Program-made: the position numbers and the translations under genes | The notes under the pieces: generated by a model | Databases searched by the model: none | What the model saw: only the letters and a program-made list of their open reading frames with translations | Told to the model about the DNA's origin: nothing | Origin: an uncultured Desulfosarcina sp. | GTDB taxonomy: Bacteria > Desulfobacterota > Desulfobacteria > Desulfobacterales > Desulfosarcinaceae | Assembly: GCA_963674945.2 (NCBI GenBank) | Contig: CAXXWQ010000003.1 | Span: 64,001 to 128,000 of the forward strand | Reading direction: 5' to 3' | DNA length: 64,000 bases | Part shown: piece by piece, positions 19,775 through 29,986 of the stretch | How positions within the stretch are numbered: the first letter of the stretch is position 1 | Layout: each line of letters opens with the position of its first letter

Positions 19775-19960
19775 TGTCTTTTCTAAAGGTTACAATTGAG
19801 AAATGGGGTCTGTTTTAGCTCTTATTTGGCTTTCACGGTTGGCTGTATAGACGGTCTAAACATTCAATTATAAGAGTTCGAGGATAACTCATGCGCCTGA
19901 GAAGTTTTCTGCGAACATCACCACCCGCTTGGGGGCAGCACAGAGTTCTTTTCATTTCAA

Positions 19961-21682
19961 TCACGGTTGATGCATCAACACATAAATAAAACAACCTCGC
20001 CTTCCAACTGCATTTTCGTCACCAGACAAACCCGAATCCTTTCCTGTACCGTCACCGTCGATCTCTTTCGGCAGGTCGCCTTTCACCACGGCGTTCGGAT
20101 CATGGGTGACGGCAACAACGACATCGTCCGTATCGGTGGCACCCAGACTGTCCGTGACGCGAAGCTGAAATATCATCGACGTGCCTTCCGCCAGATCGGG
20201 AATGGTAATCTCGGTGACAGGATTGTGCGGATTGCCGATTGTGACGACGGGTCCTTCCAACTGCTTCCATTGATAGGCGGCAATGGAAGCGCCGTCCGGA
20301 TCGATCCCGGCACCCGCCAGCGTTCCAATACTTCCCGAAAGAGCTACCTGATCGCCTCCGGCATTTGCCGTCGGCGCGGTGTTGAGCGGCTCGATTCCGG
20401 TGATGGCCACCTGTGAGGTACGATCCCATAGATACGACCCCGTGCTGAAGGCGTTGGTGGTATCGTAGTATCCATCATAGGATCCGGATTGACCGAAATT
20501 GATGTGGATCTTATCCGTCGGACCTTTCTGGTAACCATCCACGACGGTCTCATGCCCGCCGGAATAATCCGCAAGAAAGATCGAAAGGATCACCGGTCTC
20601 GGAGGATCCGCATCCAGTTCGGATGTAAACAGCGAAAACCATTGGTCGGAGGTATAATTGGAACGATGGTGCTCTTCCATGGAGGGGGTATACCGAAAAT
20701 AGACGTCGAGAATATCATCGGCAAACGCAGCGCTGCTGGAAGCCTTGCATCCGTAAGCCATGTTTGTGGCAATCCCCATATCCGATATCAGCTGCGCCAC
20801 TGCCTCGATTTCCGATGTGCCGGACCGGCTGTCCAATGCCCTCGGCATGAGATCCCACTGGTACGCATGGGAAAAATTGGCGCTCAGCGTGATCGTCGAA
20901 CCGTTTGACGCCTGCCACGAATAGGAATGAGAACCGGTTCCTTTGGGCGGCCAGTTCCAATAGGCGGCAAGTTGTGCAAATGCCGTGGCGACACAGCCGG
21001 TCAATGTGTGCGCACAGCCACCATCTGCGGGAGTGAAAGAATTATAGGGATCGAATTGTCCCCAGGAGGTCATGAGAACCGGCCCGACCGACTCCATATT
21101 TTCACCCGATACGGACTGGCTGCCGGTGAAATCGTCGGCACCCGAAGAAAAGTCAACAGGATCCGTTTCGGAATACAATCTCCATGCCCCCGCAATCCTT
21201 TTCCTTGAATCTGTCGATGCAGCGGTTTGCAGATCGAGTTGGATTTCCCCATCATCGTTTCCGGCATCGGCGATATTCTCGAAAATCTCACGTGCGATCC
21301 ATGATTCGAGGGAGCCTATGATTTCAATGCGATCCTCTTGAAAATCGGATGTCTCCGAATAAAGAAGAACCGGACTGCTGCCGAAATGACCCGCGATCAA
21401 AACATGCCCTGCCGGTGAAACCTCAAAATTGAATGCAATGCGTTTTCCACCAAAAATGATTTCATTTCCTTCGATAATTTCGGCGGCAGCGGAATTTCCC
21501 CATTTGCCGTAGTGCGATACGTGGTATCGGACAGTATTTTCTGCGACGACCCTTGCCAGCTCTTCGCTTACGACCTCACCATGGCAAGGTGCAACGAAAA
21601 CAGTGACAATGATCCATCCATAAAGCCAATACAAACCGAATTTCCATCCAGAAACAGGAAAATTTAATATAGAACGAATCAC
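19961..21682 (-). CDS. C10 (streptopain-like) cysteine peptidase with prodomain, PKD-like Ig domain and C-terminal GCFI motif
   Basis: WGQFDPYN, TGCVATAFAQ (Cys), GGHETVVDGY (His), HINFG; PTANAGGDQ...YQWKQ...LRVTD Ig repeat; ends GRRGCFIYVLMHQP. Confidence 0.85.
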   Translation of the reverse strand: MIRSILNFPVSGWKFGLYWLYGWIIVTVFVAPCHGEVVSEELARVVAENTVRYHVSHYGKWGNSAAAEIIEGNEIIFGGKRIAFNFEVSPAGHVLIAGHFGSSPVLLYSETSDFQEDRIEIIGSLESWIAREIFENIADAGNDDGEIQLDLQTAASTDSRKRIAGAWRLYSETDPVDFSSGADDFTGSQSVSGENMESVGPVLMTSWGQFDPYNSFTPADGGCAHTLTGCVATAFAQLAAYWNWPPKGTGSHSYSWQASNGSTITLSANFSHAYQWDLMPRALDSRSGTSEIEAVAQLISDMGIATNMAYGCKASSSAAFADDILDVYFRYTPSMEEHHRSNYTSDQWFSLFTSELDADPPRPVILSIFLADYSGGHETVVDGYQKGPTDKIHINFGQSGSYDGYYDTTNAFSTGSYLWDRTSQVAITGIEPLNTAPTANAGGDQVALSGSIGTLAGAGIDPDGASIAAYQWKQLEGPVVTIGNPHNPVTEITIPDLAEGTSMIFQLRVTDSLGATDTDDVVVAVTHDPNAVVKGDLPKEIDGDGTGKDSGLSGDENAVGRRGCFIYVLMHQP

Positions 21683-22140
21683 GAGGAAAATCTTTTCAGT
21701 CGCGATATCACTCTCAACATAAAGTGCCGTCCTACCTTTTCGGCCACACTAGTGAAGAGAACTATGAGAAAAGAGTATAGCTCCGCTTCCTGGCTTACAT
21801 GGAGGCATCCAAATATTGATTATGATATCAGATGGTTTGTTATATTTTGAATCACATCCCCTGTTGGGAATGAATGACATTGTATATTGCTTGAATGTTA
21901 GGGTTTGATTATGGATCGGTTAGGATATAAATAATCAAAATAGGACAAATTGATCAGAAGAACCTACAAACTTGGTAGACTTTGGTTTTTTCCATATGGT
22001 CAGCGAGTACACTAAAAGCAAGTAATTTTTTACTCACCACTTTAATGGGAAAAAGAGACAATGACTTGTCGATACCGGCCAATTGACTTTCATTGGAAAA
22101 ATATTAGCGGCATATAAACATAATTTGAGATTTTACAGTT

Positions 22141-24255
22141 TTAGCTTTTGGATTCCATTTTCTGTAACATGGATTCTGCATGATCCCGGCCCATAAACGG
22201 TGTATCGCCGCTGGTCGCGGTTTTCAGCTTTTCGATGGCCCCTTTTGTGTCCCCGGCCTTTTTCAAAACCATTCCCATGTGGTAGTTAACGACAGGATCT
22301 TCGGGAGCGGCTGTGATCAGTTGCTCATACAATTGAAGTGCCTGCTCGGTATCGCCTTTTTTGTAGTGAATCCATCCGAAGGTATCGATGATGGACGCCT
22401 GACCCGGTTTCATGCGATACGCGGCGGCGGCGATCTTCTCGGCCCTGTCCAACGGTGCCGAGGAAGAGGCCTGATCCGCCAGCAAGAATGCCAGACGGTT
22501 TGCGGCGCCCCAGAATCCGGGCACCTGCTTTATTCCTTTTTCGTAAATATCGATCGCCGCGTCATACTTGGATTTCTCCTCGTACAGCCGCCCCAGTGCC
22601 ATATAAGCCGTGGAATTTTTCGGGTTCCAGTCCAACGCCGCCTCGAAATGTTTGATGGCCTGGTCCTTTTTGTTTTGCAGCAGGAAGAGTGCGGCAAGAT
22701 TGTTGCTCGGCTCGGGCCACATTGGATCGATCTCGGCCGCCTTTTCGAATTCCTTTTGCGCGGCTATGTATTTCTTCATTTTGGTGGAAACCACACCCTT
22801 CAGATTATGGGCAAAGGCCTCTTGGGGAATTTTTTCCAACCTCTCGTCACACATGGCCAGGGCTTGGTCGTAGTGTTCATCGGCAAGTAAAAGGGATGCA
22901 AGCTGGGTGGTAATTGCCTGATTGTTCTCGACTATCGCGATTCCTTTTTTCAATTGCGCGATAGCTTTCTCCTTATCCCCCTGCCGTAAATAGAGTCTCG
23001 CCAGCCGGCTGTAACCGAGATCGGACTGAGGAACCTTCAGCAAGATCTCGCTGTACTCCCGCCGCGCTGCGTCTTCATCATTGAGCAGGAGATAAAAATC
23101 CCCCAGCTGTGCCTGCGCGGCGATGGCTTTGGGATTTTTCTCCACGATCTTTCGAAGATGGGTCTCGGCCCTCTTATAATCTTTGGTGGCGAGGCTGACG
23201 CGAACCATGGCCATATGCAGATCGGCATTTTCCGGGGCCACGGCCAATCCTCGCAGCACTGTCTCCTTTGCTTGCTCCGCCTGCCGATTTCGGGTGTAGG
23301 CATCGGCAAGGAGAAGATATACGTCCGGGTCTTCGGGCCTTACTCCCAGGATCCGCTGAAAATCGACCACGGCCCCATTTGCATCGCCGGAAGCCGCCAA
23401 CGCCTTTCCCCGCGTGACCAATGCCGGAATGTTGTCGGGGTCCATATCCAATACCTCTTGTGCGTATTTTTTCACTGCCGGATAGTCCCTTGCCGTCAAA
23501 TGGATTCCCGCCAGGGCGTTTGTGAGGTCGATTCGTCCGCCTTCGGTCGGATTGGCATCATGCGACAACCCTTTTTGCATTAGCTCCACGGCCTCTTGGG
23601 CTTTTTCGGTTTTCAGATACAATTCCCCCAAGGCAAGACGAAGCGTTGCATCGCTATCCTTGGAATCGAGTCCCTGCCGCAAGATTTTCTCGGCACGTTC
23701 GATTTTCTTTTGCTCCAGATAAAAATTGGCTACGGCGATTCGCCTCATCGCATCCACCGGATCATCTTCTATGACATGTTCCAGAATTTCATCTGCTTCA
23801 GCCCCCCTTTTCTGGGCAATCAGCGCAGAGGCTTGGATCAACGCGGCATCCCGGTTCGCCGGATCATGCTCATGAACAGCCTTTGCCAGTGTCATCGCCT
23901 CTGCCGGCCGGCCGGCGGTCAGGAACATCCGTCCTAATGCAAGTTGGGATTTGACATGGGTTGGATCGGCGGAGACCGCCTTGGCAAAATATGCCGCGGC
24001 GCTCTTTGCATCTTTTTCAAATTGGGCCATACGCCCCAACAAAAAGTAGGCATCTGCATAGTCGGGATATCTTTCGATGGCTTGATTCAGGTATTCCTTC
24101 GCTTTTTCATAATCGGTTGCATCGAACGCCGCCTGTCCTCTTTTGAAATATTTTCGCGACTTTCGGCCCGGCCCGTCGGCCGCCACGGCAGACAGCGCCA
24201 AAATCGTTGCAATGACAAGGAGTATAATAATCGTGACGGTTCTTTTTTTATTCAT
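22141..24255 (-). CDS. Periplasmic tetratricopeptide-repeat protein (PrsT-like)
   Basis: Signal peptide, about 15 TPR-like units, C-terminal NRLAFLLA...IIDTFGWIHY...YHMG typical of exosortase-locus TPR proteins. Confidence 0.85.
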   Translation of the reverse strand: MNKKRTVTIIILLVIATILALSAVAADGPGRKSRKYFKRGQAAFDATDYEKAKEYLNQAIERYPDYADAYFLLGRMAQFEKDAKSAAAYFAKAVSADPTHVKSQLALGRMFLTAGRPAEAMTLAKAVHEHDPANRDAALIQASALIAQKRGAEADEILEHVIEDDPVDAMRRIAVANFYLEQKKIERAEKILRQGLDSKDSDATLRLALGELYLKTEKAQEAVELMQKGLSHDANPTEGGRIDLTNALAGIHLTARDYPAVKKYAQEVLDMDPDNIPALVTRGKALAASGDANGAVVDFQRILGVRPEDPDVYLLLADAYTRNRQAEQAKETVLRGLAVAPENADLHMAMVRVSLATKDYKRAETHLRKIVEKNPKAIAAQAQLGDFYLLLNDEDAARREYSEILLKVPQSDLGYSRLARLYLRQGDKEKAIAQLKKGIAIVENNQAITTQLASLLLADEHYDQALAMCDERLEKIPQEAFAHNLKGVVSTKMKKYIAAQKEFEKAAEIDPMWPEPSNNLAALFLLQNKKDQAIKHFEAALDWNPKNSTAYMALGRLYEEKSKYDAAIDIYEKGIKQVPGFWGAANRLAFLLADQASSSAPLDRAEKIAAAAYRMKPGQASIIDTFGWIHYKKGDTEQALQLYEQLITAAPEDPVVNYHMGMVLKKAGDTKGAIEKLKTATSGDTPFMGRDHAESMLQKMESKS

Positions 24256-24284
24256 TTTTCCTCGGTTTCATTATTCCGCAATTG

Positions 24285-24980
24285 TCAGTCCCGAATCACC
24301 TGTTCATCGATCTGGTCCAGGTACTCCTGAACGATTTTTTCCAGTTCCACCTTCTTGATCTGTGTGAACGGCTCCACGCTGAGAAGTGATTTTGAAAACG
24401 CGCCATCTTCATCGTATCGAGCGAGGATGGATTGCGCCGTTGCGGCCATTTTTTGGTTGTGTTTCAGGTATCGTTCCCGGGTTCGTTGGGAGAATTGAAG
24501 TTCCGATGTAAGCTCGGCGACATTATCATTCAACGTGATAATTGTATCATCCCGTTCGGCGATGGTTTTCCTCGCCTGAAGGTATTCCTCCGTCAATTCA
24601 CCGTGCTTTTTCTTCCAATTCCCAATTGTTCGTTTCAAGTCATCGATACGTGCTTCCAGGGCCTTTGCCTCCTCCTTCACTTCACTCTTGGCCGCCTTCA
24701 GCGCCGCCAACTCTTCGGCCAGCGCCTCCGCCTTCATCTCCGCCTGACGCTTCAACCCCTCCACCGTCAGCTTTGCCCGTTGCATTGCCGCGGTCTGGGC
24801 TTTCTGGGCGGTGTACTTCTGATGGAGCAGTTTGGCCCGGTGCTCCATATTCTCGAGTTCCTTGGTCTGGGCCGTATGCGCCTCGTTGAGGGAATAGAGG
24901 CTGTATCCGAGATATCCGATGAATAGGATCAGAAGCGTAAGTCCGGCGATGAAAATCTTTTTTTTTCTAGAATCGGGCAT
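24285..24980 (-). CDS. Membrane-anchored coiled-coil protein of the TPS/TonB cluster
   Basis: N-terminal TM, long heptad region, C-terminal EPFTQIKKVELEKIVQEY motif; overlaps the porin stop. Confidence 0.75.
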   Translation of the reverse strand: MPDSRKKKIFIAGLTLLILFIGYLGYSLYSLNEAHTAQTKELENMEHRAKLLHQKYTAQKAQTAAMQRAKLTVEGLKRQAEMKAEALAEELAALKAAKSEVKEEAKALEARIDDLKRTIGNWKKKHGELTEEYLQARKTIAERDDTIITLNDNVAELTSELQFSQRTRERYLKHNQKMAATAQSILARYDEDGAFSKSLLSVEPFTQIKKVELEKIVQEYLDQIDEQVIRD

Positions 24981-26553
24981 TTATATCCACCTGTAACGTA
25001 TCCACTCCCAATTGGGGGCCTTCGATCTCATCGGAAGAGAGCCATCGTGTGGTCAACCAGACATTTCGATAGAGGCCGTACTCGAATTTCAAGATCCAGC
25101 CCTTTGCGTTGGTTCCGCCCAAATGAAAATCGGAGTCGGTAAAGGCGTCGAGGACCGCATCCGCCCCAAGATGTTTGTATTTGATACCGGCATTCCATTC
25201 CCCCTGGTTGAAGATTTTCGGATAACCGATGGTGGCGCCCGTCATGTAACCGTCCGTATCCTCTACGGGATCTTCGTTGCCCGTGACGAGGGCCACCCGA
25301 TCGCTGTCGAAACCCAAATTCTTCACGTACTGCCCCTCGAGAACGATCTGAACCGGATAGAAAATCCCGAAATCGGCCGTCAGGTAAACGTCAAGAATAT
25401 TGTAATCCGTTGCCAGGGCGGTTGTAATGGAGGATGTTGGATCGATGTCCATGAGAGTATTTCCCTTTTGCTGGAACAAAGGGGCGGTATAGTCGTTGAG
25501 TCCGGGTCGGGTCGGGTCGTTCTGTATTCCTTCGATCCGTTGGTAATCATAATATGCGGTTGCCAATGCAAAGGTCATGTCGTAGCGGGGTTGGAAGGTG
25601 AAGCCGATTTGTGCCCCCCAAAACCACTTGTCCCGACTGGTGAACGCTTCTTCCTGTAAAGGAAAAATACCGGCGGTAGCGAACATATTCAATGGCCGCA
25701 TCTGTTCCGTGTCTGTCTCGTAGCCAATCGCGGCACCTTCGAAATTCAAGTCGGAATCCCACACCAGATCCGAAGAGAACCAGGGATTGGCAAACCTGCC
25801 ACCGGTGATGCTCACCCGGGGCATGCGCTTCCATTTGGGGTTGATGGGTTGCCAACTATACTTGAGATAGGCGCGATCGAAGACGAAGCTGTCCCGGTTT
25901 AAATAGTCCCCCATGGTCTCATTGGTAGAAACCGGATCCTTTTCGTTGCCGGTGGTAAAGCGGAACCCCGCCTCCATCTTGCCGACGTTTACATCCCTGA
26001 AGTCGAGGAGTTTGGCCTTCATTCCAATTCGGGCCCGGTAGCGATAACGGTGGCGATCTTCGGTGGAATTGAGCAGCTCTTCCGGGTCATCCGGCCGGAC
26101 GAAAATCGCGTTTCCTTCGGCAAAATTATCCCCCTGGTACCGCAACCGCACATCACCGCTGATTTTGATCCGCTGGGCCCATTCGGATTTGACGGATCGT
26201 TCGAGAAGGGTATTGAGCGGACCTTCTTCCATGTCGTCCACGCGCCGTTGCAAGAGTCGATGGTCGGCCATCATGGCTTCTTGGACCCGATTGGGTCGGC
26301 TCTCCAGGCTGCGAAGTTCTTCCTTGGTGGACGGCTCCGCCACCTCCACCCCTTCGGCCTCCGAAGCCATCTGTTGGAGCAGGCCGAGTGCTTCCGTTTC
26401 GGTGATGATCCCTTTTGCCTTGAGCAGTTGGATAATCGCCCGGGTTTGACTGTCGGGCAGGTAATCGGGAGTTTCCTCGGCCCAAGGGATGGAAGGAAAC
26501 AAAAAAATGATGAGAGAAAAGAAAAAAAAACATGCTGCAATGGGTCTTGTCAT
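24967..26553 (-). CDS. Putative outer-membrane porin (Porin_5-like)
   Basis: Signal peptide, LLKAKGIIT N-domain, W...ISGDVRLRY, R.R.RAR, DPVSTNET, WDSDLNFEG, DSDFHLGGTNAKG, C-terminal QVDINARF (terminal Phe). Confidence 0.85.
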   Translation of the reverse strand: MTRPIAACFFFFSLIIFLFPSIPWAEETPDYLPDSQTRAIIQLLKAKGIITETEALGLLQQMASEAEGVEVAEPSTKEELRSLESRPNRVQEAMMADHRLLQRRVDDMEEGPLNTLLERSVKSEWAQRIKISGDVRLRYQGDNFAEGNAIFVRPDDPEELLNSTEDRHRYRYRARIGMKAKLLDFRDVNVGKMEAGFRFTTGNEKDPVSTNETMGDYLNRDSFVFDRAYLKYSWQPINPKWKRMPRVSITGGRFANPWFSSDLVWDSDLNFEGAAIGYETDTEQMRPLNMFATAGIFPLQEEAFTSRDKWFWGAQIGFTFQPRYDMTFALATAYYDYQRIEGIQNDPTRPGLNDYTAPLFQQKGNTLMDIDPTSSITTALATDYNILDVYLTADFGIFYPVQIVLEGQYVKNLGFDSDRVALVTGNEDPVEDTDGYMTGATIGYPKIFNQGEWNAGIKYKHLGADAVLDAFTDSDFHLGGTNAKGWILKFEYGLYRNVWLTTRWLSSDEIEGPQLGVDTLQVDINARF

Positions 26554-26593
26554 GAATGAACTCCTGATAGCACTTCCACAATGCGGTAAAAGA

Positions 26594-27346
26594 TTATCCC
26601 TTGGCGGAAATTTTAAGCTTGATAACCCTGGGCATTCCCCGGGGTGGCGGCTCGCTGATTTCCGCTAAATTCAGAGCTTTCAGTACGGCATCATCCAACT
26701 TGGGATCTCCGGATGATCGGGCAAGATTGAAATCTACAATCTTTCCCAATTCATCCAGCTCGATTTGAACCAGTGCCTTCAGGTTTCCATCGGGAATGCC
26801 ACCGTTCTGCTCCATGAGGCGATTCATTCGCTTTCGGAGCTCATCTTGAATAATGCGTGTATACCAGGCATAGCGCCGCATGATAGATGCATCGCTGGCT
26901 GATCCGCCGATGAGGGCGCGCCCCCCCCTGTTCGCCTTCAGGCCAAAGGCATCCGAACCGGCGGTACCTTCGGCGTCCAGCCCCAAGTCCTCTCCCGGTG
27001 GCGGCTCGTCCGACTGATCCTCTGCCTGATCCGGTGGCGTCTCCTCCGGCTCCTGCTCGATGATCTCCTCCTTCTTCACCTCCGGTTCGGGTGGTTTTTC
27101 TTTTATTTTTGGCGGCGGCGGCGGTTTGACCACCGTAACCATTTGAATCCTTCGCTTTCTTCTCTTGGCATCATCTTGAAGCAAGAATTTGACGGCAAAC
27201 ACGGCCCCGGCAATGAAAAGAACGGCGACACAGGCGCCCACCGCACCATAGAGGATTTTCGTGTTTGGTTTCTTTTTCTCTGACATGCCCGTATTTTCCC
27301 CGTTAAATGATTGTTCGGTATTTTCATCCAATCTACCGTCGGTCAC
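26594..27346 (-). CDS. TonB/TolA-like energy transducer
   Basis: Single TM, Pro-rich linker (PPPPPKIKEKPPEPE), C-domain with SSGDPKLDDAVLKAL. Confidence 0.85.
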   Translation of the reverse strand: MTDGRLDENTEQSFNGENTGMSEKKKPNTKILYGAVGACVAVLFIAGAVFAVKFLLQDDAKRRKRRIQMVTVVKPPPPPKIKEKPPEPEVKKEEIIEQEPEETPPDQAEDQSDEPPPGEDLGLDAEGTAGSDAFGLKANRGGRALIGGSASDASIMRRYAWYTRIIQDELRKRMNRLMEQNGGIPDGNLKALVQIELDELGKIVDFNLARSSGDPKLDDAVLKALNLAEISEPPPRGMPRVIKLKISAKG

Positions 27347-27426
27347 CGATTACACGAAGATTATTTGAAATATGTTAGGAAAATAAATCAGGGTCGTTTG
27401 GAATATCGTATGGGGAATGAACTATC

Positions 27427-27834
27427 TTATTTCACAAGCTTTTGGGTAACCAACCCCATCTGGGTAATCTCCAGCGTCTGCATCAGGTCCAGCACTTCCA
27501 CCACACGTTCGTAGTAGATCTTGGCGTCCCCTTTGATCACCACGGGAAAATCGGGATCCACGGCCTTGTACTGCCGCAGGCGGCTCTCCAGCTCGGCGAT
27601 GGTCACCGGATATGCGTCCAGGTAAAGCTGGCCGTTGCCGTGGATTGTAATGGCCTTGGTCTTTGGCTTTACCAGGCTGGGCGTATTGCTGGCCTTGGGC
27701 AGGTTGACCTTGATTCCCTGGACCGATGCGGTGACGGCGATGATGAACACCACCAGAAGCGTCCAGGCCAGGTCCAGAAGCGGTGTGACGTTAATCTCGT
27801 CGTAGCCTTGCAGATCGAACAGATCCCGTCTCAT
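27427..27834 (-). CDS. exbD: ExbD/TolR family protein
   Basis: EINVTPLLDLAWTLLVVFII (conserved Asp), VNLPKA, VVIKGD. Confidence 0.92.
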   Translation of the reverse strand: MRRDLFDLQGYDEINVTPLLDLAWTLLVVFIIAVTASVQGIKVNLPKASNTPSLVKPKTKAITIHGNGQLYLDAYPVTIAELESRLRQYKAVDPDFPVVIKGDAKIYYERVVEVLDLMQTLEITQMGLVTQKLVK

Positions 27835-27840
27835 GATCGC

Positions 27841-29718
27841 CTATTCCTCTTTCTCTTCAGCTTTTTTCGGCGCTACCGTTTTTTTTGCCTTTCCGCCGTA
27901 ACGCCACGGTTTTTGGAGCTTCAGGTGATTCTCCCCGTTTCCGTTTTCGACCTTCAAGGCGAATTCATCCACGAAGACCGTCAAATCGGCACAGATCTCC
28001 TTGATATGGGAGGTGAGAAAATTGTATGCGAAAAGAGCGGGAATGGCCACGATGAGCCCCACAACCGTGGTGGAGAGCGCCGAGGCCACACCTGGCGCGA
28101 TGGCCATGATGTTGGCCTCTCCGGCCTCGGCCATGGCGGCAAAGGTGTTCATGACCCCCCACACGGTTCCCAGCAGTCCCAGAAAGGGTCCGCCGGAAAT
28201 GGCCATGGTCAATACGGTCAGGTTGCTGTTGAGCCGCTTCGTCTCATGGATATAATTTTTCTCCAGTTCCGTGCGCAGGGTCTTTAAAGTCTGTGGTAAC
28301 AGGTGTGCCGAGAAACGATCCGCCTCGCCCTTGCCTTCGCTGCCGCCATTGATCACCGTGCACCCGGCCTGGTGAACGCTGTATAGGCAGGAATTTTTCA
28401 TTTCTTCCCCATCGATTTCAACGGCCACCGGATTTTCCGCAGATTCAAACGCGGAGAGGAAAGCCTCGTTTTCCTTCCTCGAACGGACGAGGAAGATGGC
28501 CTTTCTGACAAACACCACCCAACTGGCCACGGAGAGGATCATCAGCAAGATGATGACCATCAGACCGTCCAGAGTGATATTCTTAAGAATAGTGCCCAGG
28601 TAAAATACGGGCATGCCGGATCCGCCACCTCCCATGACTTCCTCGCCGAAGGTGAAAAAGGCACCCTCGGGTCCCTGGGTGGCAAAGGCAGCCCGGATCC
28701 GATCACCGGATATGGGCTGACTGAAGACACCCACCTCGTCCAGATCGCCGATATAGCTTTGCCCGCCGCCGATGCCATCACCCACGATCAGGTCGCCGGC
28801 AAGGGAAGGGAGCGAGCCTGTCAGGTTGACCCAGGTCATCTCCATGCCGTCCAGAAAAATCGTCATGCGATTGCCGGGCTGGCAGGTGACGATGATGAGG
28901 TGCCATGATCCCACGGGGAGATCCGTGCTTTTTTCGGTGGTGAAGATCTGTTCTTCGGCCCCTTCCAGGGAGGCATAGATCTTGGTGTCCTCGATGCCCA
29001 CAACCAGCATCCCCGAATCGCTTTTGCGTGAGAAGAGCCAGCCGTCGGACTGGGCGAAATTGATCCGCACCCAGGCGGAAAGGGAGAACCCGTTGGAAAA
29101 ATCGAGTGAGGGGGTTCCGGGAATCACCAGGCGATCGCCGGCACCGTTGAGGGTCGTGCAGTTGCCGATCACGCCGGGAAGACCCTGGCCACCGGAGAAG
29201 ATTTCCACGTGGTTGTTGTTGGCCGTGGCGTCGCTGGGCGATCCCTCCACTTCCCCCAGGTGATAGGCGGCCACCTGGGCGGTGTCGTAGGTCCCCCCCG
29301 GATCCTGTCCACCGATGGCGTTTTCGTTGCCGTAGTACATGTAGATGAAGCCCTGGTCGGTATTGCCGGAAATTCGCGACACTTTGACCCATACCAGGGC
29401 GATCTCGTCCAGGGTGTCGATCTTCTCTATGTGGTGCTTGAGCAAAGTCACGTCGTCCGATGCCACGAAGCGAATATCGCCGCCGTCATCCCTGGCGTTG
29501 GTAAAGTTGAAATTTCCCGAATGGAGACGGATCAGCACCGTCACTTCGCTCAGGTTTTCCTGAATCCCCGCACCCGTTTCCGTCGTGTTGAAACCGATTT
29601 TCTTGCGGTATTGCCAGGCATCGTTCCACCAGGCCTCATCTGCCAGTGATACGCCGGGGGCGAGTATGGACAAGAACAATACCGTCAACATCATCTGCCT
29701 GAAAAAACGCATGTTCAA
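27841..29718 (-). CDS. exbB: DUF2341 + LamG-like domain fused to MotA/TolQ/ExbB channel
   Basis: WWNDAWQYRKKI...DGGDIRFV...YMYYGN (DUF2341), concanavalin-like middle region (WHLIIVT, GDLDEV), and ISGGPFLGLLGTVWGVM...IAPGVASAL...VAIPA. Confidence 0.9.
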   Translation of the reverse strand: MNMRFFRQMMLTVLFLSILAPGVSLADEAWWNDAWQYRKKIGFNTTETGAGIQENLSEVTVLIRLHSGNFNFTNARDDGGDIRFVASDDVTLLKHHIEKIDTLDEIALVWVKVSRISGNTDQGFIYMYYGNENAIGGQDPGGTYDTAQVAAYHLGEVEGSPSDATANNNHVEIFSGGQGLPGVIGNCTTLNGAGDRLVIPGTPSLDFSNGFSLSAWVRINFAQSDGWLFSRKSDSGMLVVGIEDTKIYASLEGAEEQIFTTEKSTDLPVGSWHLIIVTCQPGNRMTIFLDGMEMTWVNLTGSLPSLAGDLIVGDGIGGGQSYIGDLDEVGVFSQPISGDRIRAAFATQGPEGAFFTFGEEVMGGGGSGMPVFYLGTILKNITLDGLMVIILLMILSVASWVVFVRKAIFLVRSRKENEAFLSAFESAENPVAVEIDGEEMKNSCLYSVHQAGCTVINGGSEGKGEADRFSAHLLPQTLKTLRTELEKNYIHETKRLNSNLTVLTMAISGGPFLGLLGTVWGVMNTFAAMAEAGEANIMAIAPGVASALSTTVVGLIVAIPALFAYNFLTSHIKEICADLTVFVDEFALKVENGNGENHLKLQKPWRYGGKAKKTVAPKKAEEKEE

Positions 29719-29986
29719 TTTCCCTATCCCTATGCAATTGTCCTTGGTACCCGCCGCGCGGGCAATATGAAAACCGGTGACGAAAATCTTCTAGTTAGAC
29801 ACCAAGTGTTAATGAATGATTAGGATAAAAGATAGTTTCTTTAAACCATTGCCGGATGATTTTCTGGAAAGCGTTTACAAGTGACAAGCGATGGATTACT
29901 TAATTGATACCCATGTTTTGATATCGACATTCGATGGTGATTTCTAATTTGGATATTGGAATTTTCTCTTTATCTCCAATAAATGA

